A DNA stretch of 64,000 nucleotides from a candidate division FCPU426 bacterium (lineage in GTDB: Bacteria; Oederibacteriota; Muellerivitia; Muellerivitales; Muellerivitaceae). The stretch is from NCBI GenBank assembly GCA_963796105.1, contig CAWCKJ010000003.1, forward strand, positions 832,001-896,000, written 5' to 3'. Position 1 is the first letter of the stretch. Each line of letters opens with the position of its first letter. Below, piece by piece: positions 1 to 10,008 of the stretch. The position numbers were made by a program, and so were the translations under genes. A model generated the notes under the pieces. It worked only from the letters and a program-made list of their open reading frames with translations. It did no database searches and had not been told where the DNA came from.

Positions 1-2
1 TC

Positions 3-248
3 CATTTGGAACATTTGGGTTTCCCCATCGTCGGGGATAAGCTTTATTCGGGCGACGACGAAACCTTCCTGCATTTCTACGAAAATGGGTGGGATGAGCA
101 TCTGGCAAAAAGAGTTCTGCTACCCCGGCAGGCTTTGCATGCCTTCCGGTTGGAATTAACCCATCCCGAAACCGGGAAAAAAATGGAATTCGAGGATCCC
201 CTGCCGGAGGATCTGGCGTCGTTTTGGGATTCTGCCGCCATCCGTTGA
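3..248 (+). CDS. RluA-family pseudouridine synthase, C-terminal part (truncated by window start)
   Basis: HLEHLGFPIVGDKLY and RQALHAFRLELTHPETG...FEDPLPED motifs typical of the RluA/C/D C-terminus. Confidence 0.9.
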   Translation, partial: HLEHLGFPIVGDKLYSGDDETFLHFYENGWDEHLAKRVLLPRQALHAFRLELTHPETGKKMEFEDPLPEDLASFWDSAAIR

Positions 249-365
249 GGATCAGGCCGTCACCCTATCTTGATTTTATTTCTATCTTCTCAATTTTAAC
301 TTTCTTTACTAAAATGCCTCTCCTGCTTAACCCCCCGAAGCTTATGCGCCGGGGAGCCTTCTCGG

Positions 366-452
366 GCCCGAGTGGCGAAATTGGCAGACGCAATAGACTC
401 AAAATCTATCGACCTCACGGTCATGTCGGTTCAAGTCCGACCTCGGGCACCA
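366..452 (+). tRNA. tRNA-Leu (anticodon CAA)
   Basis: Acceptor stem GCCCGAG/CTCGGGC, D-arm TGGCGAAATTGGCAGACGC, anticodon arm ATAGA-CTCAAAA-TCTAT, long variable arm, GGTTCAAGTCC T-loop, encoded ACCA end. Confidence 0.97.
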
Positions 453-526
453 TTTATATCTTTATTTAAAAATAAAATTGAATAAATGGTAGTGCCATGG
501 CGAAGCCTTGGTGCACCATTTAATCA

Positions 527-560
527 ATCAAAACCCATGTGAAATCACATGGGTTTTGAT
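527..560. terminator. Hairpin, likely terminator between the tRNA and the convergent NrfD operon
   Basis: Perfect 15-bp inverted repeat ATCAAAACCCATGTG-AAAT-CACATGGGTTTTGAT. Confidence 0.6.
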
Positions 561-716
561 GTTTATAAAGGGAGATTGGTAGTATCCAGACTTCGTCTGG
601 GCGCACCACTATTCGGTTTCGATACAAACAAACGCCAAATAAGCGATCATTTTCGGATGAAGTTTGAGGTATTTTCTTAGGCCCGTGGCTTGCCTGCGGA
701 AATCTTCTTAACTTTT

Positions 717-1913
717 TTAGGTGTTTTTCTTTGTCGGGGAAAACCAGGGCGGCAGAAGCCGAACCAAGAACCATAAAATAGCGAAAGGAAGGATCAACAA
801 AAACCCTGAAATCAAAAAGCCTTCCCGGCCCATAAATTCAGGTTTGAAAACAGTAAATCCCTCTAAACTTTTTGAAAATAGCTGGCCCCCGATGACCATA
901 TTGCAACGATCCGCGAACACGCCTATGAGGACCAAGCAGGCTGAAAACAAAAGAAACACTTTCCTGATATTTTCAGATGGTTTGAATATCTGCACACTTC
1001 CTAAAATGGCGATTGGCAGGATCGTGCCGACGCATATTTGGACAACGACGAGGGATTGGAATAGCTTTCCAAAGACCAGTTGAAACAAGATGTTGAGGGA
1101 CTCTTCTGAAACATAAAGACGGTGAACTCCATCCAGCGCAACCAGGGCAAAATCCACGATTAAAAGGTAAAAAAGGAATTTTCCCATCACATCCAGGCAG
1201 GGCATCTGGATCTGGACCTTCCGCATCAGACTTGTGACGGAATACACCACCACCATCAAGGCGATCCCCGAGACAATGGCGGAGAACATAAAATTCACCG
1301 ACATCATTGCCGAGCCCCACCAGGGATTGGATTTGACGGTGCTGAAAATGAGAGCAACATAACCCGGCAGGAATAAGGCCGCTGGAATGCCGATCGTTCC
1401 GATGACCTTTCCCGCCTTATCGTCGATCGACAATGCTCTATCGGACGTATCTTTTTCCCCCAGGGTCAGGAGTCCGTAAAATTTCCCGGTCCACCCGGGT
1501 TTGCTGTGGGAAAACCTCACCAGATCCGCCCGGTAGTTGTACCAAATCTCGAGGAACATCACTGTCAAGTAAGCGGCATAAACAAACCCAAACATGGCCA
1601 TAGGAGAGGTCCAATGAGGGGTGATTAAAATTTCAAAACCCCTAGCCGGGTGTTCCAGATGAAACAAAAGCGGGAGAGGGGCGACAATCAGCAGGGAAAG
1701 AGAGGTCAGCATGGCCAGCCGGTAGATGGGCTTGATCTCGTGAATCTTGAATACGCGCTCCATCGAAACCAGGATAAAGGCTCCCGCCTCCAGGCCCACC
1801 AGATAGGGATAGATCACTATCAGAATGCTCCAGATCACCGCCTCATTAGGGTAAATGTAGCCCATGAGCGGATGAAAATGTTCGATGGTCAGATGTCCCG
1901 CGTTGATATCCAT
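717..1913 (-). CDS. NrfD/PsrC-family polytopic quinone-interacting membrane subunit
   Basis: WSILIVIYPYLVGL, LLFHLEHPAR, TSPMAM, PWW motifs and about 10 hydrophobic helices; translationally coupled to the 4Fe-4S gene. Confidence 0.9.
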   Translation of the reverse strand: MDINAGHLTIEHFHPLMGYIYPNEAVIWSILIVIYPYLVGLEAGAFILVSMERVFKIHEIKPIYRLAMLTSLSLLIVAPLPLLFHLEHPARGFEILITPHWTSPMAMFGFVYAAYLTVMFLEIWYNYRADLVRFSHSKPGWTGKFYGLLTLGEKDTSDRALSIDDKAGKVIGTIGIPAALFLPGYVALIFSTVKSNPWWGSAMMSVNFMFSAIVSGIALMVVVYSVTSLMRKVQIQMPCLDVMGKFLFYLLIVDFALVALDGVHRLYVSEESLNILFQLVFGKLFQSLVVVQICVGTILPIAILGSVQIFKPSENIRKVFLLFSACLVLIGVFADRCNMVIGGQLFSKSLEGFTVFKPEFMGREGFLISGFLLILPFAILWFLVRLLPPWFSPTKKNT

Positions 1914-2698
1914 TATTTCACCGCCATGTCGAGGCCCACGTAGTAAACCTTCGGCTCGGTCCCCATATATGGTTTCAAAACCTGGATCCGGTTTTCAGCG
2001 AGAAAGGCGTGAATGGGGCTTTTGGGGTCTTTCAAATCCCCGAATTTCCGGGTGCCCGTGGGACATGCTTCCACACAGGCCGGCTGTAAACCGCGGGTGA
2101 TCCGGTGGTAGCACATGGTGCATTTTTCAGGAGTATGGGTCACGGGGCTGAAGAAGCGGCAGCCGTAAGGGCAGGTTTCAACGCAGAATCCGCAGCCGAT
2201 GCAGTAATTGGGGTCAATCAGATCTACCCCATCCGGGGAGCGGAAAGTAGCGCCAGTCGGGCAGACCTGCGAGCAGGGTGAGTTCACGCAATGGTTGCAC
2301 ATCTTCGGAAGGAAAAATGTTCTGTCCTCGCTTTGTATCTTGGTTTTTTGGGGGAAACCATTCTTACCCCCGTTGGGCGAGTCGATATAAACCACTTGGC
2401 CGTTCCGGGCCTCGTATCTTTCCACCCAGGTCCTGAAATAAATTGGCTCGTCAGGAACGCCGTTTTCCGCTTTGCAGGCGGCCACGCAGCTTCCGCACCC
2501 GATGCATTTCTCCACGTCAATGCAGTAGCACCAATTGTGATCCTCGGGTTTGTAACCTTCCGGAAGAGTGGCGGCTCCCCGTGCTTTTCGCGGAACCCAA
2601 AAGATCAGTCCCGAAGAGATCGAGGATAATATCATCATGAATTTCAGGGCAACCTTCATAAATTGTCTGCGTGAGAGATTTTCTGAAAATGGTTTCAT
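1913..2698 (-). CDS. Tat-exported 4x[4Fe-4S] ferredoxin subunit (NrfC/PsrB/DsrO-like)
   Basis: Twin-arginine SRRQFMK; CIGCGSCVAAC, CNHC..PC..VCP, CIGCGFCVETCP, KCTMC..PACVEACP. Confidence 0.93.
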   Translation of the reverse strand: MKPFSENLSRRQFMKVALKFMMILSSISSGLIFWVPRKARGAATLPEGYKPEDHNWCYCIDVEKCIGCGSCVAACKAENGVPDEPIYFRTWVERYEARNGQVVYIDSPNGGKNGFPQKTKIQSEDRTFFLPKMCNHCVNSPCSQVCPTGATFRSPDGVDLIDPNYCIGCGFCVETCPYGCRFFSPVTHTPEKCTMCYHRITRGLQPACVEACPTGTRKFGDLKDPKSPIHAFLAENRIQVLKPYMGTEPKVYYVGLDMAVK

Positions 2699-3141
2699 TA
2701 TTGCTCCGGATGATGGGGATTATGGCAATTGAGACAATTTAGGTCGGGATTATGTTCAGCAGCCACTACCTGTGGAAAAGACTTATTGCGAAACTCGCTC
2801 ATCCCATGGCATTTGAGACAAAGTTCTTTCGTTCCAATTTTGACAGGAGGCGGGGCGGAGGGATCCTCCACATGGTAAGCGGAAGGCCCGTGACAATTCT
2901 CGCAGCTGATGCCGGCATGTTTGGAACTTTTAAGTTCCGTTGTCCTTGGTTCATGGCAATCCACGCAGGCGTTTTTACCAGCATAGCGGATGGGTTTGGA
3001 GGAAATTTCGGCCAAAGCCTCCCCTCGATAATGTCCGTATTGGCCAAATGAAGCCGGCTTCAAGAACGCACGAACCACCAAGAATAGCCCTAAGAAAGTT
3101 AGAACCAAAGCGAAGGGTTTCCAGATTTGGCCGGAAAACAT
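2698..3141 (-). CDS. Membrane-anchored tetraheme cytochrome c
   Basis: N-terminal hydrophobic helix; four CxxCH motifs (CVDCH, CENCH, CLKCH, CLNCH). Confidence 0.88.
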   Translation of the reverse strand: MFSGQIWKPFALVLTFLGLFLVVRAFLKPASFGQYGHYRGEALAEISSKPIRYAGKNACVDCHEPRTTELKSSKHAGISCENCHGPSAYHVEDPSAPPPVKIGTKELCLKCHGMSEFRNKSFPQVVAAEHNPDLNCLNCHNPHHPEQ

Positions 3142-3231
3142 TTATCACTCCCCTAGGATAGCTGAATACCTTGCAAGAAAGACGGATTCCCCACTCCTTC
3201 TTCCTGCAAATCGAATCCCCGACTTATTCTT

Positions 3232-3597
3232 TTATTTCGCCACAGCGGCCTGGAGGGAGCGGAGATATTGGACCACGTCAGCGATTTCTTGGTCCGTCAA
3301 CTTTCCTTTGTACTTCGGCATTTTTTTCTTTCCGAGGGCGATGGACTTTGCGGTACCCGCATCAGTCAGTTTCACCACTTTGGGGGTAGTCATATCCAGG
3401 GAAGCGGCTTCCACTTTCATCATCTTGGCCATCTTGGCTGACCCCATCGCGTCCTTTCCATGGCACGAGGCGCATTTGGCGTCATATATTTTTTGGGCGG
3501 CCGACTTATCCGCGCCTTGAACAAATGTGGAGGTGAAAAGTAATATGGATAGAAAAATCCCCAAAAATGCTACGATTTCCCTGATGTGTTGTTTCAT
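3232..3597 (-). CDS. Monoheme class I cytochrome c
   Basis: Signal peptide, CASCH, distal Met (KMP), LTDQEIADVVQYL helix. Confidence 0.9.
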   Translation of the reverse strand: MKQHIREIVAFLGIFLSILLFTSTFVQGADKSAAQKIYDAKCASCHGKDAMGSAKMAKMMKVEAASLDMTTPKVVKLTDAGTAKSIALGKKKMPKYKGKLTDQEIADVVQYLRSLQAAVAK

Positions 3598-3670
3598 GCT
3601 TTCCCCCTGATTGGAATTTATACCCTTTATGTTTAATCGAACCCAACGAAAATTTAAAATACGAATTTTT

Positions 3671-4656
3671 TATGTTTATGCACAAAGTGACCGTGCTGTA
3701 ATGGGTTTTGCTAAGGCACATGCGGTCAAAGCACGGTGAAATAAGGAATCGGGATCATGACGACGGTTGAACCGATAGGCATATTCACTTAGATACCGGC
3801 CTAAATACTTAGCATCAACGCCATGATGAGTTCCAATGATCCAGGCCTTGGCGTTGGAAATGAACCGGTGTACCCAGGGCAACCAACTTTCCAACTCTTT
3901 CGGGTCATTGGCCATCACCCGGTAGTCTGCCTCCACTCCTTTGAGTTCACGCAAGGCTGGCGAAGCATCTGTGTTGAGGAAAGAGCCTTTTTCCATAGTC
4001 TGATTCACGAATTCCTGGCTCTCCCACTTGGTTTCCATAGCTACCTTCACCTTGGCAAAACCCGCTTTTTCCTTCTTGCAACCATTCTCATCCACCCATT
4101 CCTTGCTTTCCACCGCCACCAAGACTTCCACTTGGTTTTCCTTGGCCTTTTTCCCAAAAACCGCCCCATCCAACTCAATGACGCCCTTTAGAGTATAGCT
4201 TTCGTCCTTTTGCCTAAGACCTTCCCGGATCTTATGCAATAGAAGCCATGCCGAATGATCCGAAAGATTTAAATGCCGCTTCAGTTCCAGGGCCGAAATA
4301 CCCCGTTTGCCCTGCATCATCAAACTGATGGCCCTGACCCAGGTTAAAAGAGGCAGCTTGGAGCTTTCAAAAATCGTCCCGGCGCGAAGCCGAAGACGTT
4401 TCCGGCAATAGTCACATTCCCTCACTTCAGGCTTGGCCTGGTGTTGCCAGAAGCTTTCGCCCTCACATTGGGGACAAACAAAGTCTTTCCCGCCGAAACG
4501 GCATCTCCACACCCATTGGCGGGCTTCTTCTTCCGTGTGGATTTTCCTCAGAATTTTAATGCTTTTCATCCGCTGGTAGCTCATGTACCACCTCCCGTAG
4601 CGGACAGTATACCTATGTATTCCTTTATTTCAAGGGTCACTTAATACAGAAGCATG
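3671..4656 (-). mobile_element. IS1595-family insertion sequence, copy 1 (986 bp)
   Basis: Imperfect terminal IRs TATG(T)TTATGCACAAAGTGACC / GGTCACTTAATACAGAAGCATG; 8-bp target duplication GAATTTTT at 3663-3670 and 4657-4664. Confidence 0.95.
3676..4584 (-). CDS. IS1595-family transposase (ISSod11-like DDHK signature)
   Basis: Zn ribbon CPQC..CDYC, HTH, IELDG, NTD, WVHRFISNAK, YLSEYAYRFNRR. Confidence 0.95.
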   Translation of the reverse strand: MSYQRMKSIKILRKIHTEEEARQWVWRCRFGGKDFVCPQCEGESFWQHQAKPEVRECDYCRKRLRLRAGTIFESSKLPLLTWVRAISLMMQGKRGISALELKRHLNLSDHSAWLLLHKIREGLRQKDESYTLKGVIELDGAVFGKKAKENQVEVLVAVESKEWVDENGCKKEKAGFAKVKVAMETKWESQEFVNQTMEKGSFLNTDASPALRELKGVEADYRVMANDPKELESWLPWVHRFISNAKAWIIGTHHGVDAKYLGRYLSEYAYRFNRRHDPDSLFHRALTACALAKPITARSLCA

Positions 4657-5278
4657 GAATTTTTAGATTGAATCATAAAAGTCGGGTTAAGATTAATTTC
4701 GTTTCTTCTTTGCAAGCATGATGACCGTCATAAAAATCAGTTTTAATTCAAAAGAACAAAAAAAGCCCCAAATTAAGAGTGGTTACCTTTGGTAATCATG
4801 GTTTTTAGGATATTGCCTTTTTAAAAAACGGAGCGCAAGATCTTCACCAAGTTTCACACTAACATCCGCCAATGGAGCCGCTTGTACCTTTTGAATATAA
4901 GATTAATAAAACCATGGGTCTGATCCACACATCCCGGGAACCCGCTTGGGCCGCAAGACCATGAATGGGGAAATTTACATTTCCACTGGGTCCAAATTCA
5001 CGCCAAGATTTCAAAATGTTTTAAGCAAAAATAAAATCGAAGGACCATATTTAAAATGTATGGATTTTTCGGAAGATTATTTTTTGTCTAAAAAAAGGTA
5101 GTTTTAGCGTAAAAAAAACACAAGCCGGTTTGGGGAAATTGAAACAGTCTTTTTAATTGGATTTTCACATAATAAAGTGTTTGGCAATCCAAGAACTTGC
5201 ATTTTCTGATTTACTCGGCTTGAAAAGTTCAGGTTATACTAAATTAAACTCAAATCGATTTTTGGGGGAATTCCAAAA

Positions 5279-7462
5279 ATGGCAAGTGATGTCCCAGCTA
5301 AGCAAAAGCATATCAAGGCCGTAACCCTTTCCAACCAGGAAAGGATTATCCTCGCGAGCGAAAAAACCAGCGCGAGACTCCTGATGGTAGATTTTTTCAA
5401 AGATGTACTCACCTCCGCCGTCAACTCGGACAGCCGGGGGTTTCTCCAGAAGATCGTGTTATCGCTCAGGGAAAATTACTCGGACAAGCTGATTGACACT
5501 CTCAAGGAAGCCATCAGTTTCGGCGGGATCTCGAAGGATTGCGCCATCGACGCGAACAAGATCAACGAGCATTTGACAGGCACCCCCCCAAAACACGATG
5601 GACTTGGAACTGAGGAATTCTGCCAGCAGGCTTTGGCCTATCTTGAGTGGAAAAAAGACAACGACGGGGTCATGATGCAGCTGTTCCGTGACGTTTATGT
5701 TCATGACCGCGGGTTGAAAAAAGGAATATTACTGGAAGTGTCGATGGAGGCCGGTTCCCTTCTCGTACAGCAGGAAGCCGCGCAGGCAAAGCCATCCCGT
5801 CTCGACCCGCAGGAAACCGTCAAGGCCTTTATCCTGGACAACGTCAGAATGTTCGCCGAGGCGGAACAGGACAAAATAGAAGACATCAAGAATATGATGC
5901 GGTCTCTTTGGCCCGGGCTCTCAGGGGACATCGCCAACACCGACCTATTCCGGAAGCTGGACGGAAAACTGGATAAGGTGGATAAGGAGCAGGTGCATTA
6001 TTGGAACGGCTATCTGGGCCTGACGATCGCGGGCGTGAATGACGGTAAACCCCTCTGGTTCGATTGCCGCTCGCAGGACCAAACCAAGGAAGCCTCCGCC
6101 AAAAGGGAGAAAGAAAACGAGCTCTTGATGGCTCATTTGAACGAGAGCCACCTGCGGGAGCTGGCCGAGACGGAACAAGCGCCGGGTGACGAACCATCCA
6201 GGCCCGATGACAGCAAAGTTTACTATGGGGCAGGTCACAAAGTGAATTGCCGCGAGCCGATCCGCCTGCAGGACAGCACCAAACTTAGCGACTTGAGGAT
6301 ACGGGCGACTTATGAGGCCCCTAAACCGCAGGGCCTCAAGGGCAAGGTCGATTACTATAAGTTTATATATCCGATTCTCCCCCCCTATAACGACCCGGAG
6401 TTCAAGCAAGTCCTGGGCTACAACGAGCTTCTGGTGGGTTTGTTCGTAGATGAGAAAAGCCACAACGATGTGTTCTTTCTGGTTCGGACCAGGAGCGAGT
6501 TCGACTTTTTATTAAAAAACTACCGGGCTTATAAGTTTGAAAAACTCCTGGTCTGCGAATACGACATGGCATTGCGAAACTCCCTGCCTCCGAATGTCCT
6601 GAAGGATCTAAGGGTGATTATCGTGGAAAGAACGAGGTCGTTTCTCACCCAAAACAGGGGGAAAACTGACGCCATCTTAGCCGCCCTGAAAACCGGAAAG
6701 GGGGATGAAACACTCGCAGCTGTCATCGAGTACATCAAGGCCCAGCTTCCTCCTGACGGCAGACTGGCCTACGACCTGCGCAACAGCTTGAAAAAGGTCC
6801 TTTTGGAAAAACCCCGCATCCAACCGGCCAAGCAGGAGCTTCAAACCCATCAAGTGATCCAGGATAAACTTCTCATCCAGACCCAAAACGAGGTCAAAAC
6901 GAACCAAACAGCCCAGAGGATCCAAGCTTTCAAGGCGAGATTAGCGGCCCAAGTCAAACTGACCCTTCAGGCCAAAAAGGCTCTTGATATTTATACCGCG
7001 CCATTCATCGAGCTGGTGACCCAAGCCTATCAGGCCCGCCAGTTGCAGCCAAAACCCGCGCAACCAGCCGGTTCCAAAGGAAAACCATCCCCCCCGCCGC
7101 CCGCTGTCACATCCATCCAATCCCCGTTCCATTGGGAGACAGTCCTTCCCTGGGACAAGCTGGCCCAGATCGCCGAGAGTCTCGCGGAAAAGGCGAAAGC
7201 GGAAATGCCCGGCGAGAAGATCGTGTTGATCCTTCCCGAGGGCAACAAATACATTAACGATCGGCACCTTGAGGATCTCATAACATTTCTTTACGACCTC
7301 ACCATTAAAACCATCCGGGACCCAATCGCAAAGTTTTCCAATGTCATGGCGGAATCCCTATCAGACTACTTGGCTTCATTGGATGAGAACAACCGGCAGC
7401 AGATGATCGACGCTCTGGCAAGGCTCGCGGAGGAAATGACGCCGGTGGAACAACGGGGTTAA
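5279..7462 (+). CDS. Hypothetical 727-aa cytoplasmic protein
   Basis: Long ORF with coding-like composition and a purine-rich RBS-like stretch; no recognised motif. Confidence 0.75.
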   Translation: MASDVPAKQKHIKAVTLSNQERIILASEKTSARLLMVDFFKDVLTSAVNSDSRGFLQKIVLSLRENYSDKLIDTLKEAISFGGISKDCAIDANKINEHLTGTPPKHDGLGTEEFCQQALAYLEWKKDNDGVMMQLFRDVYVHDRGLKKGILLEVSMEAGSLLVQQEAAQAKPSRLDPQETVKAFILDNVRMFAEAEQDKIEDIKNMMRSLWPGLSGDIANTDLFRKLDGKLDKVDKEQVHYWNGYLGLTIAGVNDGKPLWFDCRSQDQTKEASAKREKENELLMAHLNESHLRELAETEQAPGDEPSRPDDSKVYYGAGHKVNCREPIRLQDSTKLSDLRIRATYEAPKPQGLKGKVDYYKFIYPILPPYNDPEFKQVLGYNELLVGLFVDEKSHNDVFFLVRTRSEFDFLLKNYRAYKFEKLLVCEYDMALRNSLPPNVLKDLRVIIVERTRSFLTQNRGKTDAILAALKTGKGDETLAAVIEYIKAQLPPDGRLAYDLRNSLKKVLLEKPRIQPAKQELQTHQVIQDKLLIQTQNEVKTNQTAQRIQAFKARLAAQVKLTLQAKKALDIYTAPFIELVTQAYQARQLQPKPAQPAGSKGKPSPPPPAVTSIQSPFHWETVLPWDKLAQIAESLAEKAKAEMPGEKIVLILPEGNKYINDRHLEDLITFLYDLTIKTIRDPIAKFSNVMAESLSDYLASLDENNRQQMIDALARLAEEMTPVEQRG

Positions 7463-7849
7463 CCGCGCATTTTCAAGTTCCCCATCGATCCTTTGGCGCG
7501 TTGGGAAAACCTCATCCTGAAGTTTTAAAATAACCTCCCGAAATAAAAGCCAATCCCTGAATCCCCCTTAAAACAATGAAAAAATCAAAAAGTGCACAAA
7601 CACAGTCTTTGTCCCAGGGCCTTTTTCCCATAAATAGAGTTCAAGCATTAAGTTTTTTGTTCAAGGTGAAATTCGGGCTCAAAAGATGATAGTCGTATCA
7701 ATTTAAGGACCATATAATAAACGGCGAAATCAGGGCCTTATCCAGTTCTCTCTATATATTAAAAAATTTTTTCAAAGTCCTATTTGTTTTAATAACAACT
7801 GTTTAAATCTTATCCAAATCAACATTTATAAAATTCCGGGGGTGTTTTA

Positions 7850-9928
7850 ATGCCGAAATGGGCTTCAACTAGTGGACCCATGCTTTTAAGGTGTTTAATT
7901 GCCCTGGCGTTCCTTCATATGATGACACCGTCCCTTTCCTGGTGCGCCTCCAAAACCATCATTGAGGATGACTCAGCCGATGATGTCGAGGAGGCTTCCA
8001 CTCCCACCGTTCCGGATGACAACTTATCTAAACACCTGGAAGCCCTTCACAACACCGAGGTGGTTTACAACGCCTCCGACAAAGAGAAAAAAACCACGGA
8101 AGCCGTCGGGTCCACCACTATCGTGACTTCCACGGAAATCAAGGTTGGAGGATTCCGCACCTTGGATGACCTCCTGAATTACGTCCGTGGTTTTTTCGTG
8201 ACCTATGACCGCGATTATAGTTACGTGGGTCTCCGGGGTTTTGGAAGCCTGGGAGGCTATAACTCGCGGATCCTGCTGATGGTGGATGGCCACAAGATCA
8301 ACGACAATATCTACGGCCAGTTTTACTCTGGACATGACGCCCCAATCGACATGGATATGGTGGACCATGTCGAGATCATCCGCGGTCCCGCCTCCGTCCT
8401 GAATGGTAACTCCGCCGTATTCGGGATCATCAATTTGATCACGAAAAAAGGAAAGGACATCAATGGGATCATCCTGTCCACCCAAGGTGGAAGCTTAAAC
8501 ACAATTGGGGGAGGAGCTCTTTATGGCGGGATAACGGATTCAGGTTTTCAATGGTCCGCGCAAGGCTCGGCCTATTACAGCGGCGGTAACTCCAGCCTTT
8601 ATTATCCCGAATACGACGACCCTTCCACCAATAACGGTATAGCCCTTAATTGCGACGGTGAAAACAGCCAGCATGGTTTCCTTAACCTTGGGATCGATGA
8701 TTGGATGTTCGAGACTGCAATCATGCACCGAAGCAAAACAATTCCAACGGGTGTCTATGAAACCGCATTCAACAACCCGGGCACATACACTGACGACACT
8801 GATTTTTTCGCTGAAATTGCCTACCGCCAAGGCGATCCGGAGAGCGGACAGTGGCTGGGCCGCCTTCATTTGGATGTCGCCGACTATACCGGTCATTACT
8901 TGTCAACGGGCACCCTTGTTCCCAATATTGATATTGGCGACGGGGCCTGGTGCGGCGCCGAACTGCAATATGCCTTTATCCCATTCTCACGCAACAAGTT
9001 CACTGTGGGCGGCGAGTTCGTGGATAATTTCCAGCAATATCAGCAAAATTATGATTTGGGCGGCGCCACATATTTGGATGATAACCGCCAATCCACCCAA
9101 GAGTCCTTGTATGCCCAGGACGAAATAAGGCTTTTGCCGAATTTGCTCCTGAACGCCGGGGGGCGTTACGAATATTTTTCGGTATCCGGGGGTCAATTCG
9201 TACCTCGTGGAGCGTTGATCTGGCAGCCTTGCCGGGAAACCGTCATGAAACTCATCGCCGGGGAGGCCTTCAGGGCTCCTGATGCTTTTGAGCTTTATTA
9301 CTCCGATAACGGAAACAGCCAGGTGGCCAATCCTGATTTGAAGAATGAATCATTTGAGACTTACGAATTCGACTGGGAACAAACTTTCGAGACTAATCAC
9401 CGTGTTCTCCTTTCCCTCTATCATTACGTCGGTGAAAACCTGATTCTGATGGTTCCCGTCACCATCAACTCCGAGTTGGATATCAATGAGAATATCGGTC
9501 ACGTCTCCCTGAATGGGCTAGAAATGGAATATCAATACCAGAACGCGGGCGGCATCCAAGGACGGGTGAGTTGGGCCTACCAACGGGCCCAAGACGATAT
9601 CACTGGCCAAGTTCTCCCTGATTCCCCTCAAAACCTTGGCAAGGCCAGCCTGCAAGTCCCTCTTGACGCTAAGCACCTTACAATAGCTGGGGAGTGCCAA
9701 TTTACCGCGGCCAGTTACGGTTTTAACGGTGTTTGGGCCCCTGATTACACTCTTTTCAATTTGAAGCTTTATGCCCCACATTTCATTTGGGAAAACATGG
9801 AAGCGAATTTGGATTTCTATAATTTATTCGACACGAGGTATTACCAGCCGGTCGCGAACGAATTTAAACAGTTAACGCTTCAACAAGATGGGCTCGTGAT
9901 CTGGGGCAAATTGGCTTACAAGTTGTGA
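7850..9928 (+). CDS. TonB-dependent outer-membrane receptor
   Basis: Signal peptide, plug motifs (LLMVDGHKIN, VEIIRGPASVL..GIINLITK), AFRAPDAFELY, NPDLKNE, C-terminal beta-strand LAYKL. Confidence 0.92.
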   Translation: MPKWASTSGPMLLRCLIALAFLHMMTPSLSWCASKTIIEDDSADDVEEASTPTVPDDNLSKHLEALHNTEVVYNASDKEKKTTEAVGSTTIVTSTEIKVGGFRTLDDLLNYVRGFFVTYDRDYSYVGLRGFGSLGGYNSRILLMVDGHKINDNIYGQFYSGHDAPIDMDMVDHVEIIRGPASVLNGNSAVFGIINLITKKGKDINGIILSTQGGSLNTIGGGALYGGITDSGFQWSAQGSAYYSGGNSSLYYPEYDDPSTNNGIALNCDGENSQHGFLNLGIDDWMFETAIMHRSKTIPTGVYETAFNNPGTYTDDTDFFAEIAYRQGDPESGQWLGRLHLDVADYTGHYLSTGTLVPNIDIGDGAWCGAELQYAFIPFSRNKFTVGGEFVDNFQQYQQNYDLGGATYLDDNRQSTQESLYAQDEIRLLPNLLLNAGGRYEYFSVSGGQFVPRGALIWQPCRETVMKLIAGEAFRAPDAFELYYSDNGNSQVANPDLKNESFETYEFDWEQTFETNHRVLLSLYHYVGENLILMVPVTINSELDINENIGHVSLNGLEMEYQYQNAGGIQGRVSWAYQRAQDDITGQVLPDSPQNLGKASLQVPLDAKHLTIAGECQFTAASYGFNGVWAPDYTLFNLKLYAPHFIWENMEANLDFYNLFDTRYYQPVANEFKQLTLQQDGLVIWGKLAYKL

Positions 9929-10008
9929 GGCAAGATGAAGAGCGGGGATAAAGCGGGATGGGGTACTTTTGATTTTTTCACCGACGGTTTAAGGAAGAGG
10001 TTTCATCC

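Noticed and set aside
224..469. 81-aa ORF
   Set aside because: Overlaps the tRNA-Leu gene; spurious.
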